DNA from: Octopus vulgaris
Lineage: Eukaryota
Assembly: GCA_951406725.2 (NCBI GenBank)
Contig: OX597825.1
Location: forward strand, 21,142,001-21,206,000
Length of the DNA: 64,000 nt
Direction of reading: 5' to 3'
Within the stretch, counting starts at the first letter, position 1. Every line of letters begins with the position of its first letter. Below, piece by piece: positions 55,010 to 64,000 of the stretch. The position numbers were made by a program, and so were the translations under genes. Under the pieces are notes generated by a model, which searched no databases, had not been told where the DNA came from, and was given only the letters and a program-made list of their open reading frames with translations.

Positions 55010-55359
55010 AGTCGTAAGTAGTCCAGGACACAATCAAGGGCTGAAGTGTACGCATATATCCACACAACCAAATATCACGAGTAACGCTAGAATGTTGTTC
55101 TAGTAATCGAATGTCGGTTGCTAAATGTTGCGTGCCAACGAAACAATAGCCCTGAGGCGACCCGATACACCCTTACATAGCATTCATTCTTATCGCACAC
55201 CCTCAATTCATCTGCCGCCGTGTCACATAGTAACATAACACTGCCGTAGCGAGGTGCATTTATATGGATGCTTGACCTGCCATAAATCGCAGCTAAATCT
55301 CCTTTCTTCAATTCGTTCTTCACTCATCTGTCATTTCACCATTAAGGGTTCTTTCATCC

Positions 55360-55740
55360 TTTTACTCCTTTAATCTTTTATCTGTTTTAGTCATTTGACT
55401 GCGGCCATGCTGGAGCACCGCCTTTAGCCGAACAAATCGACCCCACGACTTATTCTTTGTGTATGCCTAGTACTTATTCTATCGTTCTCTTTTTGCCGAA
55501 TCGCTAAGTTATGGGGACGTAAACACACCAGCATCGGTTGTCAAGCGATGGTGAGGGGACAGACGCACAAACACACACACATATATACGTTGGGCTTCTT
55601 TCAGTTTCCGTCTACCAAATCCACTCACAAGTCTTTAGTCGGCCCGAAGCTATAGCAGAAGACACTTGCTCAAGGTACCACGCAGTGGGACTGAACCTGG
55701 AACCATGTGGTTGGTGAGCAGGCTATTTACTCTTGCGCCT
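55360..55740 (-). mobile_element. SINE family B
   Basis: match to other copies. Confidence 0.8.
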
Positions 55741-55929
55741 TCTTTATCTAAAAAAGAATTGTACAAAAATCTCCTCACGGAAACTTCTGAGGAGGAGAAT
55801 TCCCAACTTTCGAACAGCAAGTGACTCTCTCTCACATGTTATGTCTTCTCTTTGTGTCTGAAACACAACTTTCGTCAGGTTCCTGCTCAAGAAAGGTAGT
55901 ATAAATGTGCGTTGCTTGGGGTCGCCTTG

Positions 55930-58302
55930 GAAACAAGGTACCCTGGTAAAAGAGTGGCTGAATGTCGTGCAAGTCCCATTACAGCCGCTGATGTACGGAA
56001 TACGATGGCTGGCTGCGGGAGAGACATGACACCAGGCTTGGATGGTCTGCCCTACAAGCTTTATTGTCATATGCCAGACTTCTTTAGAGACGTCTTGGCA
56101 ACTATGTACTGCAACTGGCAGAAAAATAGGAGTATCCCCAGTTTTGTGATTGAGGTGACACTGCTAAACAAAGACCCAAACAAGAGGAACATTATAGATA
56201 ATTTCAGGCCTATCACTCTGGACAACGCAGATTTGAAAATTTTGGCCAAGGTTGGCGCTTGTCTTCGAGAAACTGGTCGACAAGGCATAAACATGTGCTG
56301 TGCCGAGCAGAAGTATCCATGGCACCCTCCATCTTATGCGCTACATCATAGACAGGGTAGTTAAAGAACCTAGCATGGGTGGGTCACTGATCAATCTGGG
56401 TCAATCAAAAACTTTCGATAGGATCGACCATCGATACTTGGAGGCTGTCCTTAGGGCAGCTGGTTCCGGTCCAGTATTCCGCGGTTGGATCGCATCCGCA
56501 CGGTAGTTCGCGTAAATGATCATCTATCTAGACCATTTATCATCACGCGTTCGGTCCGTCGAGATGCCCCCTCTCGTCACTTCTATATGTATTGACTCTA
56601 GAGCCACTATTGCAGAAGCTGGCGACGCTGAGGGGCATACCTCCAGAACTGGGATGCTGGAGGAGCGTGTCTGCATACGTGGACGATGTTACCGTCATAG
56701 TGTCAAGCCATAGGGAGATTGACCTGGTCGGCGAGACATTAAAAGAATACGAATCGGTAACGGAACAAAAATTGACCCGGAAAAGTCAGTGGTCTTGCGG
56801 TTCGGCACCTACGCAAGCCTACGCCGTCCAACAGCGTCTCCATCGTGGGACACTGGACCGACAGTCCGGTTAAATTGCTCGGGGTCTGGTTCAGTCTGGA
56901 GCTCAAAATGGGGAAGAACTGGAACGAGATAACGAGTAAGGTGGCCACTCTAATCCAGCTATGGGCCGAGAGGAAGCTATCCCTAAAGGATAGGTCTGAG
57001 GTGGCAAATGCGTACATCGCATCAGTCATCTATTACCGTCTGACTGTCGTGCCTTGTCCCGATCCTACCATCACGAAACTAGAACGCATACTTGTGCGCT
57101 TTTTGTGGAAGGGAAGCATTCCGATGATTAGGCGATCCATTCGCTGTCAACATCCGCTAAATGGAGGTCAGGTATGCCGTGTTTAATAATGCGCTAACAT
57201 GCGCTGAGACTACGTTTTATAGACGACAGTGAACAGGTGTAGACGCCGTTTGTGAGACGCGCTTTTCTGCAGCTCGTTTTATTGAACGAACTGCAATCGT
57301 GGATCAAGCTGAGACCGAAGCTGGGCGAATGGCACCACGAGTGTCGCCATGCTCTCGAGCAGCTCTGCCATACGGGTTCAAACTTGTGCGATTTCAATTC
57401 CACAGAGGCATTCTATAGATGATTATTGGAGGGGAGATGCGACGACGTTCTTGGGGAGACTCTGGGCTTCGACGCGGAATACATTACCCACATCTTCAGG
57501 ACCACTTTCGGACCAGGACCTATGGACAAATTTCCAGAGATCCCTGGCTTGGCCGTGCTATCAGGAAATGTTCGAGATAAGGTCTGCAGATACGGTTCAA
57601 GAAACACCGGACCGACCTACTCGAGATGCGGTCAGAACGACGAAACCGTTCTGCACGCTCTCGTGCAAAGTTAAAATATTTCAGACCTGTGAGCCTATGT
57701 CGAACGGCTGCTGTCACGTGTGGGATGAGTCCGGTTGTCAGCCGAGTCTATCTTAAATATTGCCCCGCCACCTTCCTGTAACCGGGAAAATAATGCAGTT
57801 TTCATCGTACTGGTGGCTATGGTGAAAGAATATGTATGGTGGACTCGTTTGAAAGGTTTAGAGACAAATACTTTCCTCTTTGGCCAACATCTCATCAACT
57901 TTTTCAAGTGTTACTTGAAAAGGAAGGTGAGAATAGAGAGGAGAGTTTTGTCTAATGAAAAGTTTAACAAAGCGTGGGTGAATGTAGCAAGGATGGTACG
58001 CATGAATGACGGAACTACCTTGAGCACGATCTTATAAAACAAAGAGAGAAAGAGCGCCTTGCTCTTGCTCTCATGTTTTTCTTTTCCGAGGTTACCGTGG
58101 TCTTTTCTTTTTTTGTAGGATTTTCTTTCCACGGATAACCCTAATCAGTATTATATTTACTCCTCCTTTTGAGAACTCTAATTGTTAAAAACGACACTTT
58201 GTTATCTCTTTGTGTACATGTCCAAGAACCTTTACGATCCCTTTTGATCGTTTTCGAAAAGAAAAATTCTCTGTATTCGGCCCTGCGTTGCTAATAAAGA
58301 AA
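55930..58302 (+). mobile_element. decayed, 5'-truncated Tx1/L1-clade LINE (RT + C-terminal Cys/His region)
   Basis: TPGLDGLP, FRPITL.NADLKILAK, KTFDRIDH, AYVDDV, VKLLGVWF, LSLKDR, RCGQNDETVLHAL; many frameshifts; AATAAA then (TCCA)/(TATC)n. Confidence 0.9.
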
Positions 58303-58337
58303 TCCATCCATCCATCCATCCATCCATCCATCCATCC

Positions 58338-58408
<71 letters not shown>

Positions 58409-58444
58409 CATCTATCTATCTATCTATCTATCTACCTGTTTGCC

Positions 58445-58477
<33 letters not shown>

Positions 58478-58494
58478 TTCTTTCTTTCTTTCTT

Positions 58495-58537
<43 letters not shown>

Positions 58538-58566
58538 GTCTGTCTGTCTGTCTGTCTGTCTTTCTT

Positions 58567-58677
<111 letters not shown>

Positions 58678-58868
58678 GTCTGTCTGTCTGTCTGTCCATC
58701 CATTCATTTCTCTCTCTCCCTCCCTCCCTCTCTCTCTCCCTCCCTCTGTATGTCTATAGAGATAGACACACATATACTTGCGCGCCTGTGTCTGTGACTC
58801 ACCCCTACGTCATTTTTGCCTCTACCTAATGTTAATATTTACGTATACGCACATACACACATGCGTGC

Positions 58869-58914
<46 letters not shown>

Positions 58915-59269
58915 ACACACACATAGTTATCTGATTCTCGGATTAACAAGGTGACACCGATTTCTTCTTATATTTTTTTTGTTGGCAGCGAAGCCACTTG
59001 AAATTGGGCAAGACTCCCATAATGTCAGCACTTACCCCAAATCTGAGGAGTAGTTTAGGTAGCTGATCAAATATTTATATTGGCGCACACCATGAGAGAC
59101 CATGTAAATATGGCACTTACTTGGGTGATAAACAAAAGTACAGGCTTTTGTTTTGTTAATTCGTTTTAGTTTTTGTTAGTATTTTGTGTGGAGTTGATAG
59201 AGTTTTCCCTCAGCCGTTCCAATTGATGTGGCATGCACGAAAGTTAATCCAACGAGAATCATAATAATT

Positions 59270-60310
59270 CTTTCTGGCTATTATAGGCACGATGCCTGCA
59301 GTTTTGGGAGAGTGGTGAGTGGATGGTTGATTACATCGACCCCAGTGCTCGACTGGTATTTGTTTTATCGATATCGAAAGGATAAAATGTAAAGTCGACC
59401 TCGGTGGAATTTGAACTCAGAACGTAAGGACGGATGAAATATCGCGAATCATTTTGTCCGGTACGCTAACGTTTCTTATTTCTTTATTGCCCACAAGGGG
59501 CTAAACATAGAGGGGACAAACAAGAACAGACAAAAGGATTAAGTCGATTACATCGACCCCAGTGCGTAACTGGTACTTAATTTATTGACTCCGAAAGGAT
59601 GAAAGGCAAAGTCGACCTCGGCGGAATTTGAACTCAGAACGTAACGGCAGACGAAATACCTATTTCTTTTCTACCCACCAGGGGCTAAACACAGAGAGGA
59701 CAAACAAGGACTGACAAACGGATTAAGTCTATTATATCGACCCTTGTGCGTAACTGGAACTTATTTAATCGATCCTGAAAGGATAAAAGGCAAAGTCGAC
59801 CTCGGCGGAATTTGAACTCAGAACGTAGCGGCAGACGAAATACCGCTAAGCATTTCACCCGATGAGTTAACGATTCTGCCAGCTCATCGCATTAACAATA
59901 ATCGTAATAATCGTTTCTACTATAGGCACGAGGCCTGAAATTTTTGGGAAGGGGTCTAATCGAACATATCGACCCCAGTGTTCAACTGGTACTTATTTTA
60001 TCGACTCTGAAAGAATAAAATGCAAAATCGACCTCGGCGGAATTTGAACTCAGAACGTAAAGGCTGACGAAATGTCGCAAAGCATTTTGTCCGGTGAGCT
60101 GACGATTCTACCAGTTCACCACCTTAGTAACGATTTCTGATTTTAGGCGCAAGGCCAGCAATTTTGTGGGGAGGGGGCTAAGTCGATACCATCGGCTCCT
60201 GTACTTGAATTAGTACAGTATTCTATGGACCCTCAGCGGAATTTGATCTCAGGATGTAGTTGGAACAAATATTGCATGGCATTTTATTTTGTCCGGCGTT
60301 CTAAAGATTC
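59270..60310 (-). mobile_element. nested/tandem SINE A cluster
   Basis: at least five bodies. Confidence 0.85.
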
Positions 60311-60399
60311 TTCCACGCGAACCTTCTGGAGGTTTCAACCAGTTTTTATTAAATTATCCAAATGATTACGTATAATTTAATCTGATTAATAGACTCGCC

Positions 60400-61006
60400 G
60401 GAGAAGAAGAGGAAAGAAAAAACAAAGGATGACGAAGGAGGGAGAAGTGGAAATAAGTGAAGAAGAGGTGGAAAACGAAGGAGAAGGAGGAAGAGGAGAA
60501 GGGAAAAAGAAAGGAATGGGAACAAGAGGAGGGAAATGATGAAGGAGGAGGAGGTGGTGGTGGAGTAAAGGAAAAGAAGTAGAAAGAAGAAAATAAAGCA
60601 GAGCGAGAAGATGGAGAAGAGGAAAAAGAAAAAAAGAAAAACATGAAGGAAAAGGAGGTGGAGGAGGAGAAGAAGAAGAAGAAGAGGAAGAAGAAGAAGA
60701 AGAAATAACAGTAAGAAGTTGAGGAGGAGGAAGAGAAAAAGAAGACGAAGGAGGGGAGGGGAAGAAGAAGAAGGTGGTGGCGGTAGATGAGGAGGAGAAG
60801 AAGAAAACGAAGGAGGAGGAGATGAAGAAAAAAAAGACGAAGAGAAGAGGAAAGTGGTAGTGGAGAAGAAGAAGAAGAAGAAGAAGAAGAAGAAGAAGAA
60901 GAAGAAGAAGAAGAAGAAGAAGAAGGTTGTGGTGGTGGAGGAGAAGAAAAAGAATAAGAAGAAGGAAAAGAAGAAGAGAAGGAGAGAAGGTGGTGGTGGT
61001 GGAGGA

Positions 61007-61094
<88 letters not shown>

Positions 61095-61115
61095 AAGAAG
61101 AGAAAGAGGAAGGTA
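60400..61115. repeat. purine-rich (GAA/GGA)n and (AAT)n tract
   Basis: direct reading. Confidence 0.9.
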
Positions 61116-61651
61116 GAGTGAAGCAGAGTTGAGAACTGTGATAAGAAAATAGTAAATATGTATTAGCAGCAATGCCTGCAGCTCAATGTGACGTTTAAAT
61201 AAACCAGACGTTTGTCACTTTTGAAGAAAATAACTTTTCTTCAAGAGCTTTCACGTGCAACAGATTGTTACAAATTTCAGTTTTTAGCATTTTGATGTGT
61301 TGAATGTTGAACTGGCTTCCGGCGAGAAAAAAAAAAAAAAGCCAAGAGAAAGAAATAAACGAAACAGAAGAATCTTCTAGTGAATCCCAAACAGAAAAAT
61401 GAAGTGGTGGCGGTGGTGGTGGTGGTGGTGGTGGTGGAGTGGGGGAGAGAGAATAAACCGGGTGGTGTGAGAGTGAGTGAGATGTCGACGATGGAACTAG
61501 ATCAGACACGTTCTCAGACAGACATGATCGTTGAAAGGGGCTGTACGGTGGCACTGAAGTGGAAGCCCGAGGGGGATAAAGAGCAGAAAGTACTGTACGG
61601 GGAGTGGGGCCCATGCGGCCATTTCATTTTCCATTTTTATATAATATTCAT

Positions 61652-61868
61652 ACTCTTTTACTCTTTTACTTGTTTCAGTCATTTGACTGCGGCCATGCTG
61701 GAGCACCGCTTTTAGTCGAGCAAATCGACCCCGGGACTTATTCTTCGTAAGTCCAGTACTTATTCTATCGGTGTCTTTTGCCGAACCGCTAAGTGACGGG
61801 GACGTAAACACACCAGCATCGGTTGTTAAGCAATGCTAGGGGGGACAAACACAGACACACAAACACAG

Positions 61869-61901
<33 letters not shown>

Positions 61902-62072
61902 CATATATACGACAGGCTTCTTTCAGTTTCCGTCTACCAAATCCACTCACAAGGCGTTGGTCGGCCCGGGGCTATAGCAGAAGACACTTGCCCAAGATGC
62001 CACGCAGTGGGACTGAACCCGGAACCATGTGATTGGTTAGCAAGCTACTTACCACACAGCCACTCCTGCGCC
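61652..62072 (-). mobile_element. full-length SINE family B
   Basis: match to other copies. Confidence 0.9.
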
Positions 62073-62367
62073 TATATCCTCATCTTTTTTTATGTTTATT
62101 GTCCCCACAGTGATGTTGTGTCTGTCCTTGTTATGTCCCCTCTTTGTCCAGGCTACATGCCTATAATAAAGATTTTAAGAGCAGAAAGGCGCCCTAAAAC
62201 TACATGGCGAAGGACCATTGACAAGGGTCCGAGACGAAGAGGGTGGAGAAGTGCTCAGCCACTTGCACGTTAATTTCGCGAGCAGGCTGTTCCTTGTGCA
62301 TGTATGTATCTACATATGTGTATGGTAGGACAAGTCCCAATGAATTCTAAATTCCTTATCTATTTAA

Positions 62368-62598
62368 CCTATTTCTTTATTACCCACAAGGGGCTAAACA
62401 CAGAGAGGACAAACAAGGACAGACAAACGGATTGAGTCGATTATATCGACCCCAGTGCGTAACTGGTAATTAATTTATCGACCCCGAAAGGATGAAAGGC
62501 AAAGTCGACCTCGGCGGAATTTGAACTCAGAACGTAACGCCAGAAGAAATACGGCTACACATTTCACCCGGCGTGCTAACGTTTCTGCCAGCTCACCG
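62368..62598 (-). mobile_element. SINE A monomer
   Basis: match to 9806-10038. Confidence 0.85.
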
Positions 62599-62725
62599 TT
62601 TCTATCACACTGGCGACTTACTTTGAATGATACCACGCTGATCTTTAACTTAGGCACATGGTGAGAAATCTATGGGACAGAATATGACACAATATCACAA
62701 AACTACCGGAAACAGTATGGCGTAT

Positions 62726-63333
62726 CTTATTTCTTTATTGCCCACAAGGGCCCAAACAGAGGGGACAAACAAGGACAGACAACGGGTTTAAGTCGATTAC
62801 ATCGACCCCAGTATTTAACTGGTACTTAATTTATCGACCTCGAAAGGATGAAAGTTAAAGTCGACCTCGAAGCAATTTGAACTCACAACGTAAAGACGGA
62901 CGAAATACCTATTTCTTTACTACCCACAAGGGGCTAAACACAGAAAGGGACAAACAAGGACAGTCAAACTGATTAAGTCGATTATATCGACCCCAGTGCG
63001 TAACTGGTACTTAATTTATCGACCCCGAAGAAAGGATGAAAGACAAAGTCGACCTCGGCGGACTTTGCACTCAGAACGTAAAGACGGACGAAATACCTAT
63101 TTCTTTACTACCCACAAGGGGCTAAGCATAGAAAGGGACAAACAAGGACAGACAAACGGATTAAGTCGATTATATCGACTCCAGTGCGCAGCTGGTACTT
63201 ATTTAATCGACCCCGAAAGGATGAAAGGCAAAGTCGACCTCGGCGGAATTTGAACTCACAACGTAACGGCAGACGAAAAACCGCTCAGCATTTCGCCCGG
63301 CGTGCTAACGTTTCTGCCAGCTCGCCGCCTCTA
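62726..63333 (-). mobile_element. SINE A trimer with 21-bp TSD
   Basis: accggaaacagtatggcgtat at 62705-25 and 63334-54. Confidence 0.9.
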
Positions 63334-64000
63334 ACCGGAAACAGTATGGCGTATGGCCACTAATGTTCTGAGAGAGTGTGACACAGTGGCACAAGACGAG
63401 AAATTTATGGAAGATAGCATAGCCAATTTAACCAACCTCAGTAAATGACTGATATTTATGATAATGATCATGATACTGTAAAAGTCAATGAACAACAATA
63501 CTGATTAATAATAACTTCGGCACAAGGCAAGCCATATTTTGTGGGTGGGCAGTAATCATTGATGTCAGCCTTAGTACTTGACACCTACTTATTTTATCGA
63601 CCCAGGAGTTGGGTGGTTGGGTGGATGGGCGGATGATTAAAAACCCCCCAGCAGCTCGAGGCAGAAAAATACTGAAATTAGTCTCAGACAGAAAGTCTGT
63701 GTTAAAACCTAATCTATCAAATGAACCACTTTGCATAAAGGAAATGGTTAAGAGATTTACAAGACTTTACCACAAAAGAATTGCCAAAATGGGCGGAGTA
63801 AATGTTTTTTTGTTTTGTTAATTTCTTCGTAGGAAATGTATTCTGTTAGATTTATCGATTCACTGCTCTGTTAAGCATACGCAATACACACGGTGTAGAT
63901 TGTCAAAAGGGACAGCGTAGAAACTTACCCCTTACTTTCTTATCCCACTCCTTTTTCTATACTCTTTTCTCTCTCTCTTTCGCTCTCCCCTTCCCCACCT

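Noticed and set aside
55087-55323. 78-aa protein-like ORF (LKKGDLAAIY...)
   Set aside because: No recognisable family motif or splice support by eye; needs BLAST.

Overview
AT-rich, repeat-saturated eukaryotic DNA. The tRNA-derived SINE repertoire and the (TA)n/(TATC)n/(CATA)n microsatellites suggest an octopus or other coleoid cephalopod, in an intronic or intergenic region (inference). No host gene could be supported, and nearly all ORF-track entries are microsatellite or SINE read-through. Real coding remnants are two Neptune-type Penelope-like elements (PLEs; RT + Cys linker + GIY-YIG), a decayed Tx1/L1-clade LINE, an R4-like RLE LINE 3' end, CR1-type tails, and mariner and Ginger-like fragments. 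The centrepiece is a young PLE (12815-18280) inserted into the internal (TA)n of a SINE. It has a 1600-bp tail-out inverted duplication, an upstream ORF joined to the RT ORF by a candidate -1 frameshift (U_UUU_UUU), and a minimal hammerhead ribozyme in its 3' UTR. At least six more hammerhead-like motifs (one family with a fixed A6U core change) and several short tail-out fold-back elements next to (TA)n tracts, one tRNA-derived, point to a PLE-driven, microsatellite-targeted system of non-autonomous RNAs. Two SINE families share 3' ends with LINEs present in the same window. All calls were made by eye; no searches or folding were run.
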